Of a stretch of 64,000 nucleotides of DNA, positions 1 through 9,668 are shown piece by piece (the stretch's first letter is position 1; each line of letters begins with the position of its first letter). A model generated the notes under the pieces. It did not search any database, was not told the origin of the DNA, and saw nothing but the letters and a program-made list of their open reading frames with translations. The position numbers and the translations under genes were made by a program. Source of the DNA: Vulcanimicrobiota bacterium (GTDB taxonomy: Bacteria > Vulcanimicrobiota > Vulcanimicrobiia > Vulcanimicrobiales > Vulcanimicrobiaceae); contig CAWHWQ010000008.1 in the NCBI GenBank assembly GCA_963833095.1, positions 128,001 through 192,000 on the forward strand. The letters run 5' to 3'.

Positions 1-644
1 TCGTGCGGGATGTCCTGACAGTGATAGTTGATTGCGTTGGGTTCGTAGAGTATCGTTACGCCGGCGCGTTCGAGCCGATACCCCAGTTCGAGGTCCTCGT
101 GTCCGTAGCCGGTAAAGCTCTCATCGAAGCGCCCAACGCGAATCAGATCCTCGCGACGCACCGAGGCGTTGCCGGTGAGGAAATAGAGCCATGGCAACGT
201 TTTGCGCGTCGGTTTGTGGAGCGCGCCGCGCTCGCTTGGGTGGTCGCGCTTGAAGAGGTAGTCGGCGTAATCCTTGACTTGAACTTCCAGGCCCACAACG
301 GCAACGTTGCGCTGCACGCGGTGGTGGCGCAGATGCTGCGAAAGCAGATCGGGCGATGCGAAGATATCCGAGTCGTTGAACAACACCACGTCGCCCTGCG
401 CGGCGTCGATGCCCGCGTTGCGCGCAGCCGCGCGTCCCGAATAGGCCCCGGGAAGGTGGCGGACGTTGGGATGCTCTTCATGCATCGTGGCCAGAAACTC
501 GGCGGTACCGTCGGTCGAATTCGAATCGCACACGAGCACTTCGAACTCGCTCGGCGCAAGATCTTGCGCGAGCAGCGTTGGGAGTACGGGCGCGAGCGTC
601 TCCAACCGGTTGTAGGTCGGAACGACGACGGAAATCTCAGGCAT
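1..644 (-). CDS. Glycosyltransferase family 2, runs off the window edge
   Basis: Manual translation from ATG 644: MPEISVVVPTYNR...DSNSTDGT...RAAARNAGI...VLFNDSD...FDESFTGYGHEDLELGYRL. Missing from the ORF track because there is no stop in the window. Confidence 0.9.
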   Translation of the reverse strand, partial: MPEISVVVPTYNRLETLAPVLPTLLAQDLAPSEFEVLVCDSNSTDGTAEFLATMHEEHPNVRHLPGAYSGRAAARNAGIDAAQGDVVLFNDSDIFASPDLLSQHLRHHRVQRNVAVVGLEVQVKDYADYLFKRDHPSERGALHKPTRKTLPWLYFLTGNASVRREDLIRVGRFDESFTGYGHEDLELGYRLERAGVTILYEPNAINYHCQDIPH

Positions 645-1614
645 CGATCAATTCTCGAACACCGCGGACGATCTGCGCGCGAAAAGTCGCGAGCGCCGCG
701 TCGTCTTCGGATCCCGGCTTGCGCACCAGCACGCTCGGTACGCCGTAGGGCGCCCATTCTTGCGAGTTGAGCCGGAAGTACCGATGTTCGAAAGCGACCA
801 GCGTGGGCCTGCGCACTGCGCTTGCGACGTGGGTCGCACCGGTATCGACCGTGACCACGCAGCGCGCCCGCTCGAAAAGCGCGACCCAGTGGTGAAACGG
901 CAATGACCGCGAAACCAAGTGCCCCTGCTCCTCGAACGCATGTGCGTAGCCGTCGCACTCGGCGGCGCAACTGACTGCAAGCGGCGCGCCGAGGTCCCGG
1001 AGCTCGTCGGCCAGGCGCAGCGTGCTCGCGAGCGTGCTGCCGCTCGAGAACCATCGCTGGCCCAAATGCAACACCACCGGATTCGGGGGAAAACTCGCGA
1101 CAGCCGCGCGATCCTCGGCGGTGACATCCAGGCGGAGATCCGTAACCCGCTTATCGGCTCCGGCCAGTGCGACCAAGTTGAGGAGCTGATCGACCTCGTG
1201 CGGTACGACGCGGCTCGGGTCGCGCTCGCACAGCTCGGGATCGGCCGGGCTGATCATTACGCGATCGAGCGAGAAGCGCGCAGTTAGCCGCGCGAGCCAG
1301 CGCCGCGTGTACGTATATCCCACGCGAACCGCTGCGTGGGTTGCACCGACCAGGCCGATATCGGTCGAGCGCGGCGCGAGCGCGATGGCCATGTCGTATC
1401 CACGAAAGCGCGCGCCGAAAGCGTCGCCGCGAATCTCGCGCGGCAAATCGATCAGCTCGTCGAAATCCGTACTGCGCTCGACGGCGACGCGATTGTACGG
1501 GCTGGTGATCATCGTTATGTGCGCGTTCGGAAAAGACGCGCGCACACTTGCGATCGCCGGGGTCGAGAGGATCAAGTCGCCGATCCTATCCGTCCGCGAC
1601 AGGAGAATTTTCAT
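637..1614 (-). CDS. Glycosyltransferase family 9 (heptosyltransferase-like)
   Basis: KILLSRTDRIGDLILSTP N-terminus and VTVDTGATHVASA motif; lies in an ADP-heptose cluster. Confidence 0.9.
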   Translation of the reverse strand: MKILLSRTDRIGDLILSTPAIASVRASFPNAHITMITSPYNRVAVERSTDFDELIDLPREIRGDAFGARFRGYDMAIALAPRSTDIGLVGATHAAVRVGYTYTRRWLARLTARFSLDRVMISPADPELCERDPSRVVPHEVDQLLNLVALAGADKRVTDLRLDVTAEDRAAVASFPPNPVVLHLGQRWFSSGSTLASTLRLADELRDLGAPLAVSCAAECDGYAHAFEEQGHLVSRSLPFHHWVALFERARCVVTVDTGATHVASAVRRPTLVAFEHRYFRLNSQEWAPYGVPSVLVRKPGSEDDAALATFRAQIVRGVRELIDA

Positions 1615-2507
1615 CCCCGCAGCGTCTTCTCCAACTCGTCGAAGTATGCGCTGGTCGCAAGCGCGCGAGCCGCACCGAGTTCGCGATTAGATAGCGCGCG
1701 ATCGTTTGAAAGGTCACCGACGCGGGCACGCAGCGCGCGCTTTGTGCCTTCGCCGCCGCGCAAGCGGTGCCAGGTACGCTGCACCGGATTGTTGCCCGTC
1801 GCCAAGTACGTTCGCCAATGCGGATGAATTGCGGCTAGCTGCACCGCCGTGCGCGCCTGGGCACGCGCTTGAGCGATCATCTTTTCGACGTTGACGCTTC
1901 GCGGGCGCGGCTTGTAATGATAAACGAGCGCCTTCGGATTGAAGACGGCGCGCACTCCACCCGCGCGCAGGCGCAAGCCGACGTCGATATCTTCCCATCC
2001 GTATTCCGAAAAGGACTCGTTAAAGCCGCCGATCGCGCGGATCGTCGCAAGCGGCGCCGAGACGTTGGTCGTCCAAAAGAAGTTCCCGCTGTAGTCCTTG
2101 ATGCTCCAAATCGGCACCGGAAGTTCATCAAAGTTCTCAACATTGATCGCGCCGCCGCGCACAATTGCCTCGGGAGCGCGATCGTGCGAGCGCAGATGCT
2201 CCTCCACAAAATTCGGAAGCGGCAACACGTCGTCGTCAATAAAGATGATTCGTTCACCGATCGCTCGCGCGATGCCCGCGTTACGTCCTTTCGCAAGGCC
2301 ACTATTGACCTGGTTGATGACTTCGAAACGGCATGTCGCTCGTTGCGCCGCGCGCCCTATCACGTCGGGTGTCGCGTCGGTCGATCCATCGTTCACCAGC
2401 ACGACTTCGTAGGTGTTTGGATCAACGGTTTGTTCAAAGCAAGCGTCGAGCACCCGCTCGAGCAGCTTCGCGCGGTTATAGGTGCACAGTTGTATCGTAG
2501 CGCGCAC
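1611..2507 (-). CDS. Glycosyltransferase family 2
   Basis: CTYNR, VNDGSTD, RNAGI, FIDDD and YGWEDID motifs. Confidence 0.9.
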   Translation of the reverse strand: MRATIQLCTYNRAKLLERVLDACFEQTVDPNTYEVVLVNDGSTDATPDVIGRAAQRATCRFEVINQVNSGLAKGRNAGIARAIGERIIFIDDDVLPLPNFVEEHLRSHDRAPEAIVRGGAINVENFDELPVPIWSIKDYSGNFFWTTNVSAPLATIRAIGGFNESFSEYGWEDIDVGLRLRAGGVRAVFNPKALVYHYKPRPRSVNVEKMIAQARAQARTAVQLAAIHPHWRTYLATGNNPVQRTWHRLRGGEGTKRALRARVGDLSNDRALSNRELGAARALATSAYFDELEKTLRG

Positions 2508-3518
2508 GCATGCCTCCGATCAGCGATTGCGTCGCAGCCAGGATGCGCTCGACATCCAGATTTGCGATGCAGGCGTAGTCGCTGCAATTCTCTTTCGTAT
2601 CGCCCGCGTGGCACGCAAACGTCGCGCGAACGACGGCGGTGTGCGCGCCGAGCGGTGCCCAGCGGTCGGGGAAATCACTCTGGAACGGAAAGATGCCCAC
2701 CGTCGGCGCACCGACTGCCGCCGCGACGTGCATCGTTCCAGTGGTGATACCGACGAATGCACGCGCCCGCTGCGCGAGCGCGCCGAACGCTCCGATTCCA
2801 ACTTTCCCCGCGATATTCACGACCCTCTCATCGCCCGCTTGGCGGAGGATAGCCGCATTTATTGCCTCATCACCCTGCGCTCCGCTGAGCAGAACGTCGC
2901 ATCGAAGGTCTGCGCTAACGCGTTTGCAAGCGCCGCCCAGCCTTGCGTCGGCCAAATCCCGCGCTCCGACGCAATCGCGTTCGTCGGATGGAGAATGATA
3001 TACTGTCCATCGACTACGTTCGCTTCGCTCATTACGCTCGGAATGACAAGTTCATCTTCCAGGGTTGGTATGAAGCGTGGAATGCGATCGCTTGTGTCGC
3101 AATCGAGCGCGCGCGCATAGTCGAGCAAGATGTCGACCCACGGCGAGGTGACGTCGCCGCGTTCGCTGCGGACGACGACGCGATTCGTGAAGTCGTGCGA
3201 GTAGAGCCGTCGCGCCTGACCGACGCGTATCGGGATCCTCGCGAGCTTCGGTACACGCGCGGTACGGGCCGTCGCCCACGTCACGATACACGCATCGTAG
3301 CCCCGTTCTTGCAACCGCGCCGCAAGCGCACGCTCGTCGCCGCCGTCGTCCACGAGGACGCCGTCGAGATCCGGGACACGTTCGAGCGTGCTGCGATGCC
3401 CCGGTAGCGTGAGCGCGTCGACCTGCTCAAAACGCGCGCGCAGCGCGCGCCCGACGACCGACGCGACCAGCGAATCACCGATCCCGCCGCCGGCGCAATA
3501 GAGAAGGGCTCGCGTCAT
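2476..3518 (-). CDS. Glycosyltransferase family 9, split by one frameshift near 2895
   Basis: MTRALLYCAGGGIGDSL (ATG 3518, ATGA overlap) continues in another frame to GITTGTMHVAAAVGAPTVGIFP...RWAP. Confidence 0.85.
3006..3048 (-). repeat. REP-like short element translated in frame inside the GT9 gene
   Basis: TGTCATTCCGAGCGTAATGAGCGAAGCGAACGTAGTCGATGGA (VIPSVMSEANVVDG). Its end matches intergenic 42751-42765 at 14/15 nt. Confidence 0.5.
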
Positions 3519-4399
3519 GACGCAGGTGACTCGTCGAGCACGCGCACGAGCTCGCGCGCGTACATGCCGTCGAGGAACTGTCCGCGTGCCAGCGAGCGCA
3601 TCCACTCCGGCGCCTTTTCGCTGGTTGCGATTCCCGCATAGACAGCCAGTAACGAGTCAGGAAGCAAATAGCGCGCGCGCAGCAGGTTTACCGGATGCGC
3701 GCCAGTGGCCATCCGCGCTCGGGGTGAGGCCTGCTTTTCAAGAAAGTGTCGCGCCATGCGCGCCCGCTCGATGGCCTTGCGCGTCTCGACTTCGAGCGTG
3801 TTGTCCGCCGGTGATTTGATATGCCAGAGGTACGCGTCCCACGCAAAACGCCAATGGACGCCGGCTTCGCGCAACCGCACGCCCAGTTCGGTATCTTCCC
3901 AGCCGTACAGATGAAAGGCCTCATCAAATCCGCCGACCGCATCGATCGCGTGCTTTGGCAGAGAGACGTTACACGTGCACAAGAACGCGCGCGAGTAGTT
4001 GGCAAGGGCTGGCTTTGGCCGGTCGTCGTATGAGGGGACGTTGAGGATGGGGCCGTTTACGATGAGGTTTCCGGTACCGTGCGCGGCTTCGTGCGCAGCG
4101 AGAAAGGCCGGGGGCAACTGCACGTCATCATCGATAAAGAGCACCAAGTAGCCTTGGGCCACCGCGATGCCGCGGTTGCGCGCTTTGCCGCGATTGGGCT
4201 GCGGCTCGAAGACATATTGTACCGGGTAACGCCCACGCTCCGTTTGCCATTTGACGACGTCTTTGGTGTCGTCGCTCGACCCGTTATCAACCACGATGAG
4301 CTCGAATGAGGGCGCACCGATCTGCTCCTCGAGCGACGTGAGCGCGCGCGCGAGGTAGTCGGAGCGATCTTTGGTAGCGATAATGACGGAGATGCGCAT
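3515..4399 (-). CDS. Glycosyltransferase family 2
   Basis: ISVIIATKDR, VDNGSSD, FIDDD and YGWEDTELG motifs. Confidence 0.9.
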   Translation of the reverse strand: MRISVIIATKDRSDYLARALTSLEEQIGAPSFELIVVDNGSSDDTKDVVKWQTERGRYPVQYVFEPQPNRGKARNRGIAVAQGYLVLFIDDDVQLPPAFLAAHEAAHGTGNLIVNGPILNVPSYDDRPKPALANYSRAFLCTCNVSLPKHAIDAVGGFDEAFHLYGWEDTELGVRLREAGVHWRFAWDAYLWHIKSPADNTLEVETRKAIERARMARHFLEKQASPRARMATGAHPVNLLRARYLLPDSLLAVYAGIATSEKAPEWMRSLARGQFLDGMYARELVRVLDESPAS

Positions 4400-4419
4400 T
4401 CAATAAAGCTAAGGGTCGG

Positions 4420-5637
4420 TTATGAACCTGCGAGCTGGATGAGCGATTCGGCCATGCGGTCCGCTGCCCCCACGTGATCCGCATAGAGCGCCGCCAGCAG
4501 CTCGCGGCTGCGCGATAGCCAGGCGCCGTCGTCAAGTCGTTCCAAGGCGACGCGCCCCACGCGGCCTGGGGTAACGGTTCCGTGCAACTCGCAGACCAGT
4601 GACTCGTCGGCGTCCATGTTGGGTTGCGTGTGGAACGTGAACCGACGCGAAACGGCCACCGCGGCCGCCCGCTTGAGCGGCGTTCCGATCAGCGGAATGC
4701 GGTCGAGATAGGTCAGCGGCCCGTTGAACGTAATGATCTCGGGGGCGTTGAGCGGCGTGATCGTAATCATCGGTACGCCCAGGACCGCAAGCTCGATCGT
4801 CTTCGTCCCCGGAATGGTGACCACCAACCGCGCGTGCATCGCGGCAGCAAGCGCGTTGTGCAGAATCGGAAAGCGCCGCTCGCCCTCGCCCAGCGCGAGA
4901 AACGCGCGCCCCCCCTCCTCGATCAACCGGCCGCGCTGCGCCCAGATACGGGGATGCCCGCCGCGTTCGATCGCCGCGCGCACGTCGGCAAGCGGCGTGA
5001 AGGGCGAAAGGCCAAAGGCAATGGGCAACTCGGGCCGCTCGCGCGCGATACGCAGCGCCATCGTAAAGAAGAACGGAATGAGATTGTCAACCTCATAGCC
5101 TCGTGAGCCGGGCATCACTAAGATCCCGCCTTGCGGCGCGCCCTCCTCGAGCGGCTGCTGCGCTTCGAGCAGCGCGCCGTCGATGGCGAGGTTGCCGACA
5201 CGCTCGATGCGATCCGCCGGCGTCTGCCACGCGCGCAGTTGCTCGACGTTCTTCTCGTCAACGGCAAAGAAACGCGCGAAGCGCTCACGATACGCGCGCT
5301 TGGAAAATTTGTAGGTCGACGCGGTTCCGCCCAGCCGCGAGCGCAAACGCTGGGCGTGCATCAGATCGCCACCGAGGTATTGCACCACATCGACGCGGTC
5401 CGGCAGGCCCGGAACGCTGCGGCCGAGCGCCACCCGCAGATACGTCTTGGGATCATACACATGCGCGCTTGGAAACAGCCGTCGCGCAAGCTGCGCCTCA
5501 TAACCGGTCGCATAGTCGTCGGGCACACAAAAGAGATGCACTTCGAGATCGGGGTCACGTTCGTAGAGCCGGCGCACGAGCGGGCGAAACCAGCCCGCGA
5601 CCTCTCCCGGACCGTTCGCCGTGAATGCGATTCTCAT
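4420..5637 (-). CDS. Lipid-A-disaccharide synthase (LpxB)-like GT-B protein
   Basis: MRIAFTANGPGE start; VGNL, MPGSR and PGTKTIELAVLGVPM motifs resemble LpxB; LPS context. Confidence 0.7.
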   Translation of the reverse strand: MRIAFTANGPGEVAGWFRPLVRRLYERDPDLEVHLFCVPDDYATGYEAQLARRLFPSAHVYDPKTYLRVALGRSVPGLPDRVDVVQYLGGDLMHAQRLRSRLGGTASTYKFSKRAYRERFARFFAVDEKNVEQLRAWQTPADRIERVGNLAIDGALLEAQQPLEEGAPQGGILVMPGSRGYEVDNLIPFFFTMALRIARERPELPIAFGLSPFTPLADVRAAIERGGHPRIWAQRGRLIEEGGRAFLALGEGERRFPILHNALAAAMHARLVVTIPGTKTIELAVLGVPMITITPLNAPEIITFNGPLTYLDRIPLIGTPLKRAAAVAVSRRFTFHTQPNMDADESLVCELHGTVTPGRVGRVALERLDDGAWLSRSRELLAALYADHVGAADRMAESLIQLAGS

Positions 5638-5641
5638 GGCG

Positions 5642-6139
5642 TTACGATCGGTATCGCGCGACGATCTCGCCGATAAGGTCGGTTGTGCTGCGTCCGGCGA
5701 GATGCGGCGCGAGGCGGACCTCGCCGCCGTGCGCGAGCACGACCGCGCGTTCGGGAAGATCCTCTTCGCGATACTGCGCGCTTTTGACGTGCACGTCGGG
5801 GCGAATCCGTTCCAGGAGCGCTTCCGGCGTCGCCTCGCCGAATTCGACGACCGCGTCGACGCTGCGCAGCGCGCAAAGCAGTTTTGCCCGATCCGCAAAC
5901 GGAACGATCGGCCGCCGTTCGCCCTTGAGCAAGCGCACCGACGCATCGCCGTTGAGCCCGACGATCAGGATGTCACCTTGCGAGCGCGCCCAGGCCAAAT
6001 ACTCCACGTGTCCAGCGTGCAGTACATCGAAGACGCCGTTCGTGAAGACGACGCGCCGGCCACGCGTCCGCTGTTCCTCGCGCCACGCGCTCGCCGCATC
6101 CGCGTCAAGCAACGCGCCGAACAACTCAGGCGCTGCCAT
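5642..6139 (-). CDS. rfaE2: D-glycero-beta-D-manno-heptose 1-phosphate adenylyltransferase
   Basis: VFTNGVFDVLHAGH, GLNGDASVRLLKGERRP and GRSTT motifs. Confidence 0.93.
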   Translation of the reverse strand: MAAPELFGALLDADAASAWREEQRTRGRRVVFTNGVFDVLHAGHVEYLAWARSQGDILIVGLNGDASVRLLKGERRPIVPFADRAKLLCALRSVDAVVEFGEATPEALLERIRPDVHVKSAQYREEDLPERAVVLAHGGEVRLAPHLAGRSTTDLIGEIVARYRS

Positions 6140-7109
6140 GCTCGATCAGCGCCAAGATCTCGTCGCCGCTCGCGGTTGCGGTTCCGAGTTTCTCCACCAC
6201 CGCACCGGCCGCGAAGTTTGCCAATTGCATGGCGCGTTCGATCGGCGCGCCGGCCGCGAGCGCAAGCGAGAGCACCGCGATCACCGTGTCGCCCGCGCCC
6301 GAAACGTCAAAGACCGTACGCGCAACCGACGGGATTGCGAAGCGCTCGCCCTGCGAACCGAAAAGCGCCATACCGTGCTCACCGCGCGTTATTACGACGT
6401 AGCGGCAGCGCAGTCGCTCGAGCAATTTCGCACCTGCGCGCTCGAGCGAGGCGTCGTCGATAATCCGCACCCCGCTGCCGGTTTCGGCTTCATGAACGTT
6501 CGGCGCGACGCACGTGACACCGGTAAAGAGATCGAGGTTTTGGGGTTTGGGATCAGCCAGGACCAATGGACACGCGCGCGCCGCTTCGACAACCTCCGCG
6601 CCCAGCAACCCTTTTGCGTAATCGCTGAGGATCACCGCATCGCACGATCCCGCTCGCTCGCGTACGTATGCAACGATGCGCGCCCGATCGATCGCCTGCA
6701 GAGGCGCGGCATCTTCCCAATCAGCACGCACGACTTGCTGGTTGTGCGCGACGATGCGCGTCTTACGCGTCGTCGGGCGATCGCGCACGGTAAACACGCC
6801 TCGATCATCGACCGATTCTTCGCGCAGCATGCGTCGCACGTCGGACGCAAACGCATCCTCGCCGACGGTTCCGACGAACTCAACGCGCGCACCGAGCGCG
6901 ACCAGATTGTTGGCAACGTTGCCCGCGCCGCCAAGCGTAAACGAGTGATCCGAAACCGCAACGACCGGTACAGGCGCCTCGGGCGAGATGCGCGAGACGG
7001 TTCCCCAGATCCACTCATCGATCATCAGGTCGCCGACGACGAGGATCGAGCGGCCGCGCATCCCCTCGACCAGGGCGCGCGCATCGCTGGTGAGAAGCGT
7101 TGCGCTCAC
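6126..7109 (-). CDS. rfaE1: D-glycero-beta-D-manno-heptose-7-phosphate kinase
   Basis: VGDLMIDE, RISPEAPVPV, SDYAKG and DVSGAGDT motifs. Confidence 0.93.
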   Translation of the reverse strand: MSATLLTSDARALVEGMRGRSILVVGDLMIDEWIWGTVSRISPEAPVPVVAVSDHSFTLGGAGNVANNLVALGARVEFVGTVGEDAFASDVRRMLREESVDDRGVFTVRDRPTTRKTRIVAHNQQVVRADWEDAAPLQAIDRARIVAYVRERAGSCDAVILSDYAKGLLGAEVVEAARACPLVLADPKPQNLDLFTGVTCVAPNVHEAETGSGVRIIDDASLERAGAKLLERLRCRYVVITRGEHGMALFGSQGERFAIPSVARTVFDVSGAGDTVIAVLSLALAAGAPIERAMQLANFAAGAVVEKLGTATASGDEILALIEHGSA

Positions 7110-7111
7110 AG

Positions 7112-7285
7112 GTGCCTCGCTCCGTGAGCAGCGGTACTTTCGTTGCAGTCATCGGCCAGCGCGGGCAAGACGCGATGAGCGACAAAAGCAGCGCTTTGCG
7201 AGCGAAGAGCAACGATGTCCGCGCTGAGCCGATGACGCAACGCGAAGGGCTGGGCGAAAGCACCGGTGTTCACGGAGCGAGGCAC
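7112..7285. repeat. 174-bp imperfect palindrome (MITE/REPIN-like) between gmhA and rfaE1
   Basis: Perfect 16-bp terminal inverted repeat GTGCCTCGCTCCGTGA / TCACGGAGCGAGGCAC, with further pairing of 7128-7167 to 7216-7269. Confidence 0.85.
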
Positions 7286-7878
7286 TAGATGTGATCCTCG
7301 AAGATCAATCGTTGTTCGACGAGATCGCAGATGATGTGCGCCATCACCTGATGCACTTCTTGCACGATCGCGGCATAGCCATCGGGCCCGATGAGCGCCA
7401 GGTCGCTGAAATCCATCACCGCACCGCCGCCGTTCCCGGTAAAGGCGATCGTAAGCGCGCCCTTCTTCTGCGCCATTTCGAGCGCAAGCACAATGTTGCG
7501 CGAAGTGCCGCTGGTAGTCATCCCGATCACCACGTCGCCCGCCTGCACGAAGGCTTGCACTTGGCGTGCAAAGACGTCGTCGTAGCCGTAGTCATTGCCG
7601 ACGCAGGTGAGCGTCGACGTGTTGACCGAGAGCGCTTCGCTGTTGAGTCCCGGGCGTTCGCGCAGGTAGCGGCCTGAGAGTTCGGCGGCCATATGCTGAG
7701 CTTCAGCCGCGCTTCCGCCGTTACCGCACCAGTAGATCCGCTTACTGTCGCGCAGCGCCGCCACGATCGCATCGACGATTGCTTCGACCTCGCGCTGATA
7801 GTGCTTCATATCGCGCAGAACCGCGCGATCTTCCAACAACGCGTCGAAGCCGCGTTGGGCTTTATAATCGATTTTCAT
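7285..7878 (-). CDS. gmhA: D-sedoheptulose 7-phosphate isomerase
   Basis: CGNGGSAAEAQH, GNDYGY, TTSGTS and VQEVH motifs. Confidence 0.95.
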   Translation of the reverse strand: MKIDYKAQRGFDALLEDRAVLRDMKHYQREVEAIVDAIVAALRDSKRIYWCGNGGSAAEAQHMAAELSGRYLRERPGLNSEALSVNTSTLTCVGNDYGYDDVFARQVQAFVQAGDVVIGMTTSGTSRNIVLALEMAQKKGALTIAFTGNGGGAVMDFSDLALIGPDGYAAIVQEVHQVMAHIICDLVEQRLIFEDHI

Positions 7879-8327
7879 GGCGCGATCCAGAAGAGCTCAT
7901 CTCCCTGCGAGACCAGCTCGCCGTTCTCCGGAATGACGCGAGCGATACTTCCGCTGTAATCGCTTTGAATTTCGTTGAAGAGTTTCATCGCTTCCAAAAT
8001 GCAAAGCACCGACCCCACCTCGACGCGATCGCCGAGATTCACGAACGGTTCGGCGTCCGGTGAGGACGAGCGATAAAAGACACCGGTCAGCGGTGCGGTC
8101 ACCCGCTTGACGTTTGACGGTGCGACCGGGGCGCTCGCGGCCTCCGATGCCGAAGGGGCGGCGTATCCACCGGCACCGATCGCCGGTGCCACGATCTGCG
8201 CGCCCGCTTCGCGGCGCACGAGTTCGTAGACCGCATCGCCAACCTTGACTTTTATCCGGTCGAGATCGTGCTCGTGCATGATGTCGAGCAGAGAATGGAT
8301 CGTCTCGGATTCCTCTTCGAATGCCAT
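7875..8327 (-). CDS. accB: Acetyl-CoA carboxylase biotin carboxyl carrier protein
   Basis: LEAMKLFNEI biotinylation motif and Ala/Pro linker. Confidence 0.95.
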   Translation of the reverse strand: MAFEEESETIHSLLDIMHEHDLDRIKVKVGDAVYELVRREAGAQIVAPAIGAGGYAAPSASEAASAPVAPSNVKRVTAPLTGVFYRSSSPDAEPFVNLGDRVEVGSVLCILEAMKLFNEIQSDYSGSIARVIPENGELVSQGDELFWIAP

Positions 8328-9601
8328 TACTGCGCCACTTCGGCAAGGGCGTCCGCAACGTCTGCCGCACGGCCAAGCGCGACCCGCCGGTCGCTACGGT
8401 CCTCGAGGTCGCGCAGGACCAGCTCCCCCGCAGCGAGCTCATCGCTGCCCAGAATCAGCGCAAACCGCGCGTGATTGCGGTCGGCAATCTTCAAGTGCGC
8501 AAGCAGCTTGCGCTCCTCGTAATCCATGAAGACCGGCTGCCCAAAGGTGCGGCGCAGCACGTCGACGAGCGGCAGCAGCGTTGCGCGAGCTTGCGCGCCC
8601 AGTGCGATCGCTTGAACGCCGCGCCGCGCGCGCGCGCGCTGGGGGTGCATCGCTTCGAGCATCATCAAGAAGCGCTCGAGGCCCAGCGCAAAGCCGACCG
8701 CCGGGACGTCGGGACCGCCAAGCGAGCGCACCAGTCCGTCGTAGCGACCGCCTCCGCAGACGGTGGACTGTGCGCCGAGCACGCTCGAAGTAATCTCAAA
8801 AACCGTACGCGTGTAGTAGTCGAGCCCCCGAACGATCGAGGCATCGACCACGTAGGGAATCTGCGCTGCGTCGAGATACGCGCGCAATGCGTCGAAGTGA
8901 TCGCGACACGCATCGCAAAGGACCGACAAAAAGGTGGGCGCACTGCGCACCAGCGCGAGGTCGCGTTCGTCTTTGCTATCGAGCACGCGCAGCGGATTGC
9001 GCTCGAGGCGGCGCTGCGAATCCGGTGAAAGCTCCGCGAGATGCGGGCGAAAATGCGCCAGCAACGCGTCACGGTAGCGCGGACGGCAGACCTCGTCGCC
9101 GATCGAGTTCACGCGGAGATGCGCATCGGTGAGCGCATAGCTACGCACCAGCTCCCACGCGAGCGAGATCACTTCGAAATCCGCTTCCGGGCCGGCATAG
9201 CCGGTACATTCGACGCCGAACTGATGCGCTTGGCGGTAGCGTCCCTTCTGCGGGCGCTCGTAGCGAAAGATCGGACCGACATAATAGAGACGCTGCGGAC
9301 CTTGCGAAAAGAGATTGTGCTCGAGCCCCGCGCGCATCACCGGTGCGGTCCACTCGGGCCGCAGCGTCATGCTGCGGTCACCCTTGTCGACGAAGGTGTA
9401 CATCTCTTTCTCGACGATGTCGGTGGTCTCGCCGACGCCGCGCACGAAAAGCTCGGTCGCTTCGAACATCGGCGTGCGAATCTCGCCGTAGCCAAAACGC
9501 TCGGCAAGCGCGTGGATACGCGCTTCGAGTTCGAGCCAGTCGGCGGAGACCGGCGGGAGAATGTCTTGTGTGCCGCGCGGTGCGGTAATTTTCGAGGGCA
9601 T
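8327..9601 (-). CDS. hisS: Histidine--tRNA ligase
   Basis: PRGTQD, LRPEWT, FRYERPQKGRYRQ, RGLDYY and GGGRYDGL motifs; ATG 9601 preferred as start. Confidence 0.97.
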   Translation of the reverse strand: MPSKITAPRGTQDILPPVSADWLELEARIHALAERFGYGEIRTPMFEATELFVRGVGETTDIVEKEMYTFVDKGDRSMTLRPEWTAPVMRAGLEHNLFSQGPQRLYYVGPIFRYERPQKGRYRQAHQFGVECTGYAGPEADFEVISLAWELVRSYALTDAHLRVNSIGDEVCRPRYRDALLAHFRPHLAELSPDSQRRLERNPLRVLDSKDERDLALVRSAPTFLSVLCDACRDHFDALRAYLDAAQIPYVVDASIVRGLDYYTRTVFEITSSVLGAQSTVCGGGRYDGLVRSLGGPDVPAVGFALGLERFLMMLEAMHPQRARARRGVQAIALGAQARATLLPLVDVLRRTFGQPVFMDYEERKLLAHLKIADRNHARFALILGSDELAAGELVLRDLEDRSDRRVALGRAADVADALAEVAQ

Positions 9602-9668
9602 CTCTACAGGCCGACTTCGCGACACTCCCGATGAAACATTTTCCGCGCCGACGTGTTACGACTCAAGT

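Noticed and set aside
5625..7127. Long opposite-strand ORFs (also 30602-31927, 34677-35783, 37076-38215, 43256-44404, 60342-61337)
   Set aside because: Antisense shadows of well-supported genes, as expected in high-GC DNA; no motifs.
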